A DNA stretch of 64,000 nucleotides from Eubacteriales bacterium (GCA_041653135.1 JBAZGB010000006.1:628-64627), one strand, 5' to 3'. Shown: positions 26,750-36,533, counted from the first letter of the stretch. Program-made: numbers and translations. Notes: a model not told the origin generated them from the sequence alone.

Positions 26750-28072
26750 TTAAATGAAAGGATTCGAGAAAACTTTCGAGCGATCTTCAACAGTATTGAT
26801 AATTTGTTCACCTTCCTCATGGTTTAGAAGGTTAGGCTGCCAATTTTCCACGCATACCGGGATAAGGCACGGCAAGATCTTGCCGTCCTGTATGTTTAAC
26901 TGTAAAAGAACCGTATCGTATTTGGTCCTGTTGTTCCCTCCAAAAATAAAGTTTCCAAGCGAGTAGGCTATAATGCCATTATTATATTTTTCTATTCCCT
27001 GCAGGACATGCGGATGATGGCCGACAATCAAATCGGCGCCCGAATCGACTGCCAGGTGAGCAAGCGTTATTTGATAAGGCTTTGGGCGGCCGGCATTTTC
27101 TTCACCCCAGTGGAAATTTACGATTACGTAATCGGCGATCTTTTTAAGATTGCAGATATCTTCTTTTAAGATTCTTTCGTTAAACGGATTGGTCCCGGCT
27201 GTAAAATCCGGGTTGTTGTAGTAGCCCAAAAAACCGAACTTTATCCCCTTGCACTCTATTACAACTGGTTTTCTTGCGTCCGCCCGATCCGGTCCTGCGC
27301 CTACATGTTTTATTCCCGCATCGTCAAGGTACCTTAAAGTATCCTCAATGCCCTGGGCGCCATAGTCACCGGTATGATTATTGGCAAGGTTGACAATATC
27401 AACGCCGCCGTCCTGCAATATTTTTACATAATCGGGACACATGCGGAAGTTAAACTTCTTGGGAACCTTTATACCTCTTGCGGTAATGGGATTTTCCAGG
27501 TTGAGCATGGAAAGGTCTGAGTCTTTAAAACAGGCGAGGTTTGCAAAGGGATAGCTATAATTTTCTTTGACAATATTTTCGAAGGAACAAGCAAGTACGG
27601 TGTCACCGGCAAAGTTGATCACGACTTTGTTGGTATTTTCGTCAGGAAGGATTACCCGGACAGGTTTGCCGGGCTCCTGGTATTTAATCTCTGCTCCAAG
27701 AAGTTCGCTGAAAGAGCGTAAAGGGACATAAAATTCGTTTCCGTATATGGTTACGGGTTTGCCGAGGCTGAAAACCTTGTCGTTAAGCCAGACGGTTTTT
27801 GAAAGATTTGTTAATGTTATATTGTATTTATCATTCTTGACAGATGCCTCGCTGCCATTGACTTCTTCTCTTAAATCAAATATCCGGCAGATTTCCTCAA
27901 GCGGTACAAAATAAGATCCGTCAGATAAAACTGCCCTTTCAGATACAAAAATCTCCTCAGAAATCTCCTTTTCTGTTTTTTTAAATGTTGAGTCTGTTGA
28001 CTCCGTAAAACAAATTACAGGCCAGGCGGTTAATAAAATTAAAATTAAAAGGATATTTTCTGCTTTCCTCAT
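26750..28072 (-). CDS. CapA-family (PGA_cap metallophosphatase-like) protein with an N-terminal copper-amine-oxidase-N-like stalk domain
   Basis: Signal peptide, then YFVPLEEICRIF...FYVPLRSFSELLGAEIKY. The CapA blocks follow: FAGDTVL, NLENP, NLANNHTGDYG, NFHWGEE, VGHHPHV. Confidence 0.8.
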   Translation of the reverse strand: MRKAENILLILILLTAWPVICFTESTDSTFKKTEKEISEEIFVSERAVLSDGSYFVPLEEICRIFDLREEVNGSEASVKNDKYNITLTNLSKTVWLNDKVFSLGKPVTIYGNEFYVPLRSFSELLGAEIKYQEPGKPVRVILPDENTNKVVINFAGDTVLACSFENIVKENYSYPFANLACFKDSDLSMLNLENPITARGIKVPKKFNFRMCPDYVKILQDGGVDIVNLANNHTGDYGAQGIEDTLRYLDDAGIKHVGAGPDRADARKPVVIECKGIKFGFLGYYNNPDFTAGTNPFNERILKEDICNLKKIADYVIVNFHWGEENAGRPKPYQITLAHLAVDSGADLIVGHHPHVLQGIEKYNNGIIAYSLGNFIFGGNNRTKYDTVLLQLNIQDGKILPCLIPVCVENWQPNLLNHEEGEQIINTVEDRSKVFSNPFI

Positions 28073-28291
28073 TTGATGATCCTGCGTGATAATTTTGTAT
28101 TATATAATAAATGAAGTATTGACAGTATTAAAGAGGGCATATATAAATAAATAACAAAAAGCGGCAACCGGCTCAAAAAATAGACGGCTGCTGCTTTTTT
28201 TCAATGTTATATTACCACAAACCGGGTAAAATTACAAGCCTTGTAATCATATCGGAACAAGTTTACACTTTCTCTTAAGGGAGTGATTTTG

Positions 28292-28762
28292 ATGAATAAT
28301 GAATTTGCGCTCTCGGTCATCGATCTGCAGAAACGGCAAACCATGGCCGAACTTAGAGAATGCAATGAATTTACGATACAGTGTGGTTTATCTCTTTCTG
28401 AACAGCAGATTGCCGGGGTCGCCGAACAGCGGTTATCGGCTCTCTATAATACCGGGCGCGTTGAGTTCGGACAGGGAATTATCAAAAAATTGCTGCGGGT
28501 GTTTTGTAACTCGCCATACATCATACAGGAAAATTACGAAGACACCATCTTGGAACTGCTGGATTCGTTTTACTTTTTTAAGAATGAATCAATGGATAGA
28601 ATATCGGACGATGAGCTTATTGAGTTTATGAAAGATCGATTCGACGGAATTTGCCAGGGTTCATTGGCATACTTAGGCGGCACGTCCCTTGAAGAGTTAT
28701 GCAGGAACACTCGATACGGCCGTGAGTGTGACGAAACAGACCGTCATGGCCGGCTGTTTTAG
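28292..28762 (+). CDS. Hypothetical protein, first of a coupled pair (possibly DUF6323-like)
   Basis: AAGGGAG lies 9 nt before the ATG at 28292. Conserved-looking blocks are GRVEFGQGIIKKLLRVFCNSPYIIQENY and DDELIEFM. Confidence 0.5.
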   Translation: MNNEFALSVIDLQKRQTMAELRECNEFTIQCGLSLSEQQIAGVAEQRLSALYNTGRVEFGQGIIKKLLRVFCNSPYIIQENYEDTILELLDSFYFFKNESMDRISDDELIEFMKDRFDGICQGSLAYLGGTSLEELCRNTRYGRECDETDRHGRLF

Positions 28763-28770
28763 GAGAATAA

Positions 28771-29709
28771 ATGGGCAACGAAATAACAGCCAAATCAGGG
28801 GACCCTTTTTTACCGGATGCGTCGTTTAATGACGAAGAAATACTAACGTTCAGGCTTAATATCTGGCAGCTTCTCGGGTATCAGACTGAACGCTGGACGA
28901 TGGGCGACAGCAGTTCCGTGCCTGTTGAAGTTGCGGAGGAACTGCTGCGTTCGATATGTTTTACCCTTCATTGCGCCACGGAGTCCGGGATTGTTTCCGC
29001 GAAGGAACTCGCACGGCCGCATGACCTGCGAGGACTGCTGAAAAGGGGACAGGCGGAAATTAAAAATCTGATTAAAAAGGGAAAAACGCTGCTTGGCGAC
29101 GTCGTGCGGACAACCCCGCAAATCGAGAACATATCATACAGGGATACGCTTCCCGGATTGGCAGGGTTCTTTAAAAAATATGACTGGCGCTATTTTGCCC
29201 ATGAGATCCCGGCGAGTATTGACTACCAGCTCTGCCGCCCTGTCCCGGATAATCTGTACGGCATTAAATATATCAACGAGTATATTGTACGTCTGTCGAT
29301 TGAAAACCGGGTAATCTGCAGTTTTGATGTTGACACCGTAATTTCATTGCTGAAATGTCATTGCCCTGATTACCGCGGGCTTCTTATAAACCTTTACGAG
29401 CCGGTTGCAGCGAACGCCGTGGGCCTCGCTTTGCTGGACGAGGATATCTTTTCGCTGGACGTTGGCGCGGACAGGCAGCGAAAGCTCGTTGACCTGTTTA
29501 AAAAATGCTCGAAGGATGAGGCGATAGGCAGGCTGAAAAATGCGGCCGGGAAAGTTGCTTTAAGGCTGGGTTTTGAGGAAGCGGCTTTTATAGAATATTT
29601 GCGACAGACAGCGGTCGACCTTTATCCACGCATCAACGCAGCGGCCGCCGCAGGATGGCTTGGCGGCGTGTTTATCGCTCTTCCGTATGAGATAGGAGGA
29701 TGGAAATGA
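28771..29709 (+). CDS. Hypothetical protein, second of the coupled pair (possibly DUF6179-like)
   Basis: 312 aa, starting 8 nt after the previous stop. No TM segments or catalytic motifs were recognised. Confidence 0.5.
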   Translation: MGNEITAKSGDPFLPDASFNDEEILTFRLNIWQLLGYQTERWTMGDSSSVPVEVAEELLRSICFTLHCATESGIVSAKELARPHDLRGLLKRGQAEIKNLIKKGKTLLGDVVRTTPQIENISYRDTLPGLAGFFKKYDWRYFAHEIPASIDYQLCRPVPDNLYGIKYINEYIVRLSIENRVICSFDVDTVISLLKCHCPDYRGLLINLYEPVAANAVGLALLDEDIFSLDVGADRQRKLVDLFKKCSKDEAIGRLKNAAGKVALRLGFEEAAFIEYLRQTAVDLYPRINAAAAAGWLGGVFIALPYEIGGWK

Positions 29710-29936
29710 AAAAGACTGATGTTCTGGTCATAGGGGGCAGCGCAGGTGGGATATTTACAGCAATCACCGCGAAAAAGATACATAAAGATAAAAGCGTACT
29801 GTTGGCAAGAAAAACCGGTACGGGAGTAATACCCGGCGGAGTACCTTATATCTTTATTATAATTTATATATGTTTATGTACTTTGAAAAGGTGTTGGATT
29901 ACCCCGGGCAAACATTCCAGGGATAATATAACATGA
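29700..29936 (+). pseudogene. N-terminal fragment of an FAD-dependent pyridine nucleotide-disulfide oxidoreductase (NADH-oxidase-like)
   Basis: MKKTDVLVIGGSAGGIFTAITAKK...VIPGGVPYIF is the family N-terminus. After about 29858 the sequence turns into AT-rich non-homologous DNA. The start overlaps the stop of the previous gene. Confidence 0.7.
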
Positions 29937-29955
29937 CATAAGACAGTGAATACAA

Positions 29956-30103
29956 TTGACAATCCCCATTTGAGCAATATATCATTATAAATAATATGAG
30001 TTAATGCTCCATCAGCAGCGAGGGTTCTTGTGTAATTCGGGAGAGGCGCCTGTTTCGGTTGATGCGGCATCTTCAGAGTTTATCATAGGTCGAAAGGAGG
30101 TTT
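29956..30103 (+). promoter_or_regulatory. Promoter plus ~110-nt structured leader of the mod operon; candidate Moco/Tuco-type riboswitch
   Basis: TTGACA (29956) with tatcat/tataaa ~17-18 nt downstream. In the leader, gctcc (30006-30010) can pair with the RBS ggagg (30087-30091). A 7-bp helix catcagc/gttgatg and a 3' cgaaaggagg are also present. Confidence 0.35.
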
Positions 30104-30991
30104 ATGGTGGTCTTTATCTCAGATGAAACAATCAGCGGGTTTATCAAGGAGGACGTGCCGTACATAGACTTGACCACTATGCTTCTTGGCATTGGCAAGA
30201 AGCAGGGCAGGATTGTGTTTTCTACAAGAGAGGACGGAGTTTTGGCCGGTTCGGAAGAAGTTTTGCGGATATTTCAGAAGCTGGATATAAAGGCTGTCCA
30301 GTTTTTGGAAAGCGGAGCCGTCATAAAAAAAGGGGAGACCATTATTACTGGTGAAGGAAAGGCTGAAAACCTGCACATGGCCTGGAAGGTTTGCCAGAAC
30401 ATTCTGGAGTACTGCTGCGGCATCGCTGCCAGGACAAGGCAATTGCTGGACAATGCCAGGGAAGTCAATCCTTCTATAGAAGTGGTGGCAACCAGAAAAA
30501 TATTTCCGGGTACCAAGGAACTCTCCCTTAAGTCCGTCCTGGCCGGAGGGGCGTATCCTCACAGGCTGGGGCTTTCCGAAACAATTCTTATCTTCAAGCA
30601 GCACTGGAACTTTATGGAAAGCTACGAAGAGCTTCTGGAAAAGATAGCGGAAATTAAAAAAACAGCCTGTGAAAAGAAGATAATTGTTGAGGCTGAGAGC
30701 TTAGACGAGGCCATGAGGGCAGCGGCCGCCGGGGCCGACGGAATTCAGTTCGACAAAGTCAGCCCCGGGAATCTAGTGGGGTGGGTTGAGAAAATCAGGG
30801 CAGCGCATCCGGGAATCATCGTTATTGCCGCCGGGGGCATCAATCAGAACAATGCCCGTGAATATGCCGGGACAGGCATTGACGCCATTGTCACTACTGC
30901 TGTCTATTTTGGCAAACCGGCGGATATTAAGGTAGACATCCATGCCGCTGAAGCGACGCCATCAGATGATAAAAAGGTACGTATTCAGTAA
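30104..30991 (+). CDS. modD: ModD protein (QRPTase-like pyrophosphorylase)
   Basis: 295 aa with the nicotinate-nucleotide pyrophosphorylase fold (EDVPYIDLTT..., ATRKIFPGTKEL, GGAYPHRLGLSE, IAAGGIN). It is the first gene of the mod operon. Confidence 0.8.
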   Translation: MVVFISDETISGFIKEDVPYIDLTTMLLGIGKKQGRIVFSTREDGVLAGSEEVLRIFQKLDIKAVQFLESGAVIKKGETIITGEGKAENLHMAWKVCQNILEYCCGIAARTRQLLDNAREVNPSIEVVATRKIFPGTKELSLKSVLAGGAYPHRLGLSETILIFKQHWNFMESYEELLEKIAEIKKTACEKKIIVEAESLDEAMRAAAAGADGIQFDKVSPGNLVGWVEKIRAAHPGIIVIAAGGINQNNAREYAGTGIDAIVTTAVYFGKPADIKVDIHAAEATPSDDKKVRIQ

Positions 30992-31067
30992 AGCCGTGCC
31001 AAAGGTTTAAAGGTTTATATAAAAAGAATATTTTCAGGATAGAATTTGAATCGGAGGAGATATCAAT

Positions 31068-31862
31068 ATGAGAAGTAAAACAAAATTCTTTGCCATGCTT
31101 CTGTTACTCGTTTTTGTAACAGCGCTTGCGGGCTGCAGCGCCAACAAAGAAACCCCCAAGGAGGAATCTGCCAAGGCAGTAACTTTATACGCATATGTGG
31201 GCGCGAACTTGAAAGACCCCGTTACAGAGCTGGCCCAGAAATTTGAGCAAAAAACGGGCGTTAAAGTGGAAATGAACTTTAACAATTCCGGAGCGCTGCT
31301 CAACCAGCTGGAAACTACCAAAAAGGGCGATATCTATCTGCCGGGGAATATGTCTTTTGTAGAGAAAGCCAAGCAGGCCGGGCATATTGAAAATGTGGCC
31401 GGGCCGGTAGCCTACTTCAATCCGGTAATCATTACTCCCAAAGGCAACCCGGCTAAAATAACCAAGGTCGAGGATCTGGCCAAAGATGGAGTTAAGCTGG
31501 TGATTCCGGATAAGGAAGCTACCGCCATCGGTAAGACGGCTATTAAAATCTTCAAGAATGCGGGCATCGACGCAAAAGTGGAAAAGAACATCCTGGCCGG
31601 CATGGAAACTCCGGCCAAGGTCCTGGCAGCCATCACGATGGGGCAGGGAAACGCCGGTATTGTAGACATTAGCAACACTTTAAAGGCAATGGATAAAATT
31701 GAAGTGGTGGAAATCGATCCGAAGACCAATATAGTTGAAGAGATTCCTGTAGCCACCTTGAAGTATTCCGCCAATAAGGATCAGGCCGACGCTTTCATGA
31801 AATTTGCCGCGGAAGAGGGCCCGGCGGTATTCGAGAAATATGGCTTTAGAACAAAACAATAG
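31068..31862 (+). CDS. modA: Molybdate/tungstate ABC transporter substrate-binding lipoprotein
   Basis: Lipobox LAGCS, a periplasmic-binding fold (YAYVGANL..., FNNSGALLNQLE), and operon context. Confidence 0.8.
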   Translation: MRSKTKFFAMLLLLVFVTALAGCSANKETPKEESAKAVTLYAYVGANLKDPVTELAQKFEQKTGVKVEMNFNNSGALLNQLETTKKGDIYLPGNMSFVEKAKQAGHIENVAGPVAYFNPVIITPKGNPAKITKVEDLAKDGVKLVIPDKEATAIGKTAIKIFKNAGIDAKVEKNILAGMETPAKVLAAITMGQGNAGIVDISNTLKAMDKIEVVEIDPKTNIVEEIPVATLKYSANKDQADAFMKFAAEEGPAVFEKYGFRTKQ

Positions 31863-32664
31863 AACAACATTCAAGAATAACAGCCGGAGCCTTCTGATCG
31901 GTTGTTTCTGGCTGTTATTCGTTTTCCTGATCCTGTTTATATTGCTTCTTATCGGAGGGCTGCTGAACTACGCCAACTGGGAGACGGTCAAGACTGTTCT
32001 GAGGCAGAAAGAGTTTCATTTTGCGCTAACTTTTACATTATGGACTTCCGTGCTGGCTACAGGGCTGTCCGCACTGTTTGCCCTGCCGACGGCATATGTC
32101 CTTTCACGTTACAAAATTCCCGGCAAAGCCTTTGTAGATACCCTGTTGGATATTCCAATCGTCCTGCCCCCGTTAGTTAGCGGGATAGCCCTGCTGATTC
32201 TTTTTGGACCTGTACTAGGGGATTTTTTGACTGCGATGGGCCTGGATATCGTTTTTTCTTCCTCTGGTGTTGTAATAGCCCAGTGGTTTATTGCCACTCC
32301 CTATGCAGTAAGAATTATGAAGCAGGCCTTTGACGGTATTGACCCCCGCATGGAAAATATCGCCCGTACTTTAGGTTATACGCCGGGGAATGTTTTTGGC
32401 AAAGTGACTCTGCCGTTAGCCAAAAACGGAATTATTAACGGCCTGATTATGACATGGACCAGAACCATCGGTGAATTTGGCGCTACGGCAATGCTTGCCG
32501 GTATCACCCGGATGAAAACGGAAACCCTCTCAGTAGCTATCTTCCTGAATATGTCCATGGGAGATTTGAAGTTTGCCATCTCGACGGCCATTGTGATGCT
32601 GCTGGTGGCGCTGGTGTCCCTGGTTGGTTTGAAGCTTTTTCTAAAACAGGAGGTAAGGTTTTGA
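31840..32664 (+). CDS. modB: Molybdate ABC transporter permease
   Basis: Six TM segments with the EAA-like loop (ENIARTLGYTPGNVFGKVTLPLAK). The ATG at 31840 overlaps modA by 23 nt. Confidence 0.85.
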   Translation: MALEQNNRTTFKNNSRSLLIGCFWLLFVFLILFILLLIGGLLNYANWETVKTVLRQKEFHFALTFTLWTSVLATGLSALFALPTAYVLSRYKIPGKAFVDTLLDIPIVLPPLVSGIALLILFGPVLGDFLTAMGLDIVFSSSGVVIAQWFIATPYAVRIMKQAFDGIDPRMENIARTLGYTPGNVFGKVTLPLAKNGIINGLIMTWTRTIGEFGATAMLAGITRMKTETLSVAIFLNMSMGDLKFAISTAIVMLLVALVSLVGLKLFLKQEVRF

Positions 32665-33752
32665 AACCTGTTCTTTTTGCCGTGCAGGATCTCCATGTCC
32701 AGGAAGGAAATTTTCAACTGCGTGACATTTGTTTTACTCTGGAGGAGAGCCAATATCTCGTGATCCTGGGACCCACGGGCTGCGGAAAATCCATGCTGCT
32801 GGAAACACTGGCCGGGTTGCGGTATCCAAAAGGCGGGGGAATATTTCTCCGGGGCAAGGAGATAACCTCACTGGCTCCTGAAGCCAGACGATTTGGTTTT
32901 GCCTACCAGGACAGCCTGCTCTTTCCCTTTCTCAATGTTAAAGATAATATTCTTTTTGCGGCCAGATCCCATAAAAACAGACTGGAATCAAGCATAAAAA
33001 AAAGAGCTGACGAGTTAACCGAAGCCATGAGAATAACTCATTTGCTGGACAGGTACCCCCAATTCTTAAGCGGGGGTGAGAAACAACGGGTTTCTCTTGC
33101 CCGGGCTCTTCTGTCCAAGCCTCCTCTGCTTTTATTGGATGAACCGCTTTCTTCTCTGGATCAGCAGATACGCAGTTCCATCAAAGAGTTATTACGGACT
33201 ATCCATAACAAAGAGGAATTAGGTATTATCCACGTAACCCACGATTTTAATGAGGCGCTGCAGCTCGGAACACATCTGTTGGTTATGGACCAGGGCAGAA
33301 TTTTGCAGCAGGGAAAAGTAGAAGATGTATTCTTCCGGCCCTCATCAAAGTATTTGGCCGATTTCTTTATGGGAGAAAACATTTTGCAGGGAAGAATCGA
33401 GTGGAGGGACGGTCAGGCCTGGTTCAGGCAGGCCGATAGCCTTGCAGAATTTGGGCCTTTGAAGAAAAAAAAGATTCCGGATAAGTACCCGGATGAGGTT
33501 GCCCTGTTGATTCACGCCGGGGATCTAAGCTTAAGTAAGGCGAATGGTTATGAGGAAAGTAAAGCCAACAGCTGGTATGGACTCATTGAACGGGTCGTTA
33601 ATTTCAGCACCCATCTCGAGGTTGTTTGTTCGGGAAATGGAAAATACAAAGCCGTTCTTTCAAACAACGAATGGAAAGAACTTAATCTGCAAAACGGTTC
33701 ACGGGTTAAAATCAGTGTAGATGTTGATGATCTTCATATATTGCCTAATTGA
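32661..33752 (+). CDS. modC: Molybdate ABC transporter ATP-binding protein with a TOBE domain
   Basis: Walker A GPTGCGKS, signature LSGGEKQRVSLA, Walker B LLLLDEP, and a C-terminal TOBE-like beta domain. The TTG start follows AGGAGG. Confidence 0.88.
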   Translation: MKPVLFAVQDLHVQEGNFQLRDICFTLEESQYLVILGPTGCGKSMLLETLAGLRYPKGGGIFLRGKEITSLAPEARRFGFAYQDSLLFPFLNVKDNILFAARSHKNRLESSIKKRADELTEAMRITHLLDRYPQFLSGGEKQRVSLARALLSKPPLLLLDEPLSSLDQQIRSSIKELLRTIHNKEELGIIHVTHDFNEALQLGTHLLVMDQGRILQQGKVEDVFFRPSSKYLADFFMGENILQGRIEWRDGQAWFRQADSLAEFGPLKKKKIPDKYPDEVALLIHAGDLSLSKANGYEESKANSWYGLIERVVNFSTHLEVVCSGNGKYKAVLSNNEWKELNLQNGSRVKISVDVDDLHILPN

Positions 33753-33852
33753 GAAAAGTGAAAACAACAGTGTAACTTTTGAACCTCATGTCTTTTTTGC
33801 CTGGCGCTGCTTTCAAGCTGTCCAATCAATTTCTTTAAGTCTTCTATGTGTT

Positions 33853-33897
33853 TTATGAATGAAGGCTCAAAACCGCACTTAATGCATTGACCTCCCT
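33853..33897 (-). repeat. Dispersed repeat family, copy Q (closest to copy P at 7862-7905)
   Basis: The minus strand reads gaggtcaatgcattaagtgcggttttgagccttcattcataaaac. Against P this shows 4 mismatches and 1 indel over ~44 nt. Weaker similarity continues for ~60 nt more. Confidence 0.8.
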
Positions 33898-33950
33898 TCG
33901 TTAATGAAATTTTATTCTTGCAGCTGCCGTCGCTTCAGCGGCGTGGATGT

Positions 33951-34421
33951 CTACTCTCGTAAAGTCGCAATAAGTCTTTTGGGATTTAAAAGCAGATCAA
34001 GTCCGTCGTTGATATCCTTCACTATTACGTCAGCTTCCCGGAGAGCCTTTGCTGAAGCTCCTTCCGGGCCGATGATAACAATACCCAGAGCGGCAGCCTC
34101 CAGCATCAGGGCATCGTTGACGCCGTTGCCCACGGCTGCAACGTGTTCTGCCGCTAAAGATTCTACAGTTTCCAGCTTTTCAGGAGCGCCGACCCCGGCT
34201 GTAAGAATGTGGATGCTGCTCTTAATACCTTTGCAGTATTCCCGGCAGGAACCGAAAGTGTCAGCTGTCACAATATGGACTTCCATTTGTTCCGCCAACT
34301 TGTTAAGCCTTTCCTTTACTCCGTCAATCAATACACCATCACGGGCTATCGTCCCGTTAAAATCGAGCACGATATGATTTAAAATGACAGATCCTTTTCC
34401 CGGAATATCAAATGTAATCAT
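33951..34421 (-). CDS. HAD-superfamily hydrolase (soluble P-type-ATPase-like, COG4087)
   Basis: LDFNGT (motif I), IVTADT, and GNGVNDALML (motif IV). Confidence 0.75.
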   Translation of the reverse strand: MITFDIPGKGSVILNHIVLDFNGTIARDGVLIDGVKERLNKLAEQMEVHIVTADTFGSCREYCKGIKSSIHILTAGVGAPEKLETVESLAAEHVAAVGNGVNDALMLEAAALGIVIIGPEGASAKALREADVIVKDINDGLDLLLNPKRLIATLRE

Positions 34422-34627
34422 TTTTTCTCCAACACATTCTATAAAATATCTTTATCTATAATGCTTTAGCCATAAGTATATTAAATTATTAATATAACAA
34501 AGACTCTTATATAATAATTTTGTCAGTGTTAGGAACCCTGATCAACCCATGTTGATTGTCTCAAGGGCACGTACTTTTGTCAAGGTAAGAGACTTTTCTT
34601 AATCAAATTACACAAGGGGATTATCAT

Positions 34628-35767
34628 ATGCGCAGAGTTTATTTTGATCACAGCGCCACCACGCCTGTTCACGCACAGGTGGCCGAGGAGATGGACCGGT
34701 TTTTAACCGGTCAAAATTTTGGCAGCCCGACCAGCCAGCATTACTTTGGAACTATCGCCCGTAAAGCCGTTGAAGAGGCAAGGGAAAAGGTCGCTGCAGC
34801 CATGTCCGCCAATCCCGGGGAGATTGTTTTTACAAGCGGAGGAACTGAATCCGATAACATGGCCATACATGGAATCGCCTTTACAAACCGGGACAAGGGA
34901 AACCATGTAATAACCTGTGCAGTTGAGCACCACGCAGTTCTCAACACTGTTAAGGCTCTGGGAAAGCAGGGTTTCGACATCACAATCCTGCCTGTAAATC
35001 AATATGGCCAGGTTAGTGTCGATGAACTTGCCGGCGCTGTTACAGATAAAACGATCCTGATTAGTATAATGCATGCGAACAACGAAGTCGGAACTATTAT
35101 GCCAATAAAAGAAATAGGTAATTTGGCAAGGCAGCGAGGAATTATCTTTCATACGGACGCAGTTCAGAGTTTCTGTAAAATTCCCTTTGCTGTTGATCGG
35201 CTTGGTGTCGACCTGCTTTCCGTTTCAGGGCACAAAATATATGGCCCCAAGGGTATAGGAGCCCTGTATATACGAAGCGGCGCACGTATTAAACAGACTT
35301 TATTCCATGGCGGGGCTCAGGAAAAATTGCGCAGGGCAGGTACAGAAAACGTACCTGGTATCATAGGGTTGGGTAAAGCGGCCGAACTGGCTTTTAACGG
35401 GATGGAGCAGGAAAGCAAGAGATTAACCGCGCTTCGCGATCGGTTGATCAGCGGCGTCCTTAGCCGTTTTGAGGAGGTAAGGCTGACCGGTCATCCCACT
35501 TCCCGTCTGCCCAACCATGCCAGTTTTTGCTTTGAATTCGTTGAAGGAGAATCAATGCTCTTCAACCTGGATATGAAGGGTATAGCTGCGTCAAGCGGTT
35601 CGGCCTGCACATCGGGTTCTCTGGAGCCGTCACATGTTTTGCTGGCAATGGGCATCCCGCCGGAGGTTGCTTATGGATCCTTACGCCTTACGCTTGGCAG
35701 AGAGAATAAAGAGGAGGATGTAGAATATTTTCTGAAAGTTATAGATTCCGCGATAGAGACTGGGTAA
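34628..35767 (+). CDS. Cysteine desulfurase (NifS/IscS class)
   Basis: PLP-Lys block SGHKIYGPKGIGALY, the active-site loop SSGSACTS, and the family N-terminus YFDHSATTP. Confidence 0.9.
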   Translation: MRRVYFDHSATTPVHAQVAEEMDRFLTGQNFGSPTSQHYFGTIARKAVEEAREKVAAAMSANPGEIVFTSGGTESDNMAIHGIAFTNRDKGNHVITCAVEHHAVLNTVKALGKQGFDITILPVNQYGQVSVDELAGAVTDKTILISIMHANNEVGTIMPIKEIGNLARQRGIIFHTDAVQSFCKIPFAVDRLGVDLLSVSGHKIYGPKGIGALYIRSGARIKQTLFHGGAQEKLRRAGTENVPGIIGLGKAAELAFNGMEQESKRLTALRDRLISGVLSRFEEVRLTGHPTSRLPNHASFCFEFVEGESMLFNLDMKGIAASSGSACTSGSLEPSHVLLAMGIPPEVAYGSLRLTLGRENKEEDVEYFLKVIDSAIETG

Positions 35768-35921
35768 AATATTAATGTGCTTCTAAAATCCCCTGTTGCT
35801 GCAAATTATCTGCTATAAAATCGCTTTATCAATTATACTGCCATTTATAAAATAATCTTATTGGAAGGATAGATATTGATAATATATAATTTTATTTGTA
35901 CTTATACGAGGAGGAAAGCGG

Positions 35922-36533
35922 ATGAATAAAAATTTGGATTGCCGCGGGTTGGCGTGCCCACAACCGGTAATAAATACTAAAAAAGCGCTGGAAGAAATTG
36001 AACAGGGAGCCGTTCTCACTGTCATAGTTGATAATCGGACTGCGAAAGAAAATGTTACCGCTTTTGCTGAAAATTCTGGTTGTAGTGTGGACATAAAAGA
36101 ATCTGGCAGTGACTATATTTTGGAGATAACTGCAAAAAATAAATCCGGGGATTTGCAGTGCAGTGCCGAATGTGTTCAAGAAGTTGAAGTTTCTCAAAAA
36201 GGTTCTGTTTACCTGATTACTTCAAACTTGTTTGGTCAGGGTTCCCCGGATTTGGGCGAGGTGCTGATGAAGAGTCTCTTTACTGCTTTAATTGAACAGC
36301 CGTGCCCGGAGTCTTTAATTTTTATAAACTCCGGAGTATTTTTGACAACCGAAGGTTCGCCCGTAATCGAACAACTTAATTCCCTGGTCGAAAAGGGGGC
36401 ACAGGTTCTTTCCTGCGGAACATGCCTGAATTATTACAAGCTTGCGGAAAAACTGCTCATCGGAAAGGTCAGCAACATGTTTGAAATACTTGAACAGCTT
36501 ACAAAGTCCGGTAAGGTCATTAATATAGCCTAA
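35922..36533 (+). CDS. yedF: YedF-type sulfurtransferase-like selenium metabolism protein (TusA-like plus DsrE-like)
   Basis: N-terminal LDCRGLACPQPVINTKKAL (TusA CPxP motif). The C-terminal half resembles a DsrE-like fold and ends in CGTCLNYY. Confidence 0.7.
   Translation: MNKNLDCRGLACPQPVINTKKALEEIEQGAVLTVIVDNRTAKENVTAFAENSGCSVDIKESGSDYILEITAKNKSGDLQCSAECVQEVEVSQKGSVYLITSNLFGQGSPDLGEVLMKSLFTALIEQPCPESLIFINSGVFLTTEGSPVIEQLNSLVEKGAQVLSCGTCLNYYKLAEKLLIGKVSNMFEILEQLTKSGKVINIA

Noticed and set aside
30119-30604. 161-aa minus-strand ORF
   Set aside because: It is antisense to modD, which has clear QRPTase-family similarity and operon context.
33904-34377. 157-aa plus-strand ORF
   Set aside because: It is antisense to the HAD hydrolase gene, which has clear HAD motifs. 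Its composition is typical of a shadow frame.
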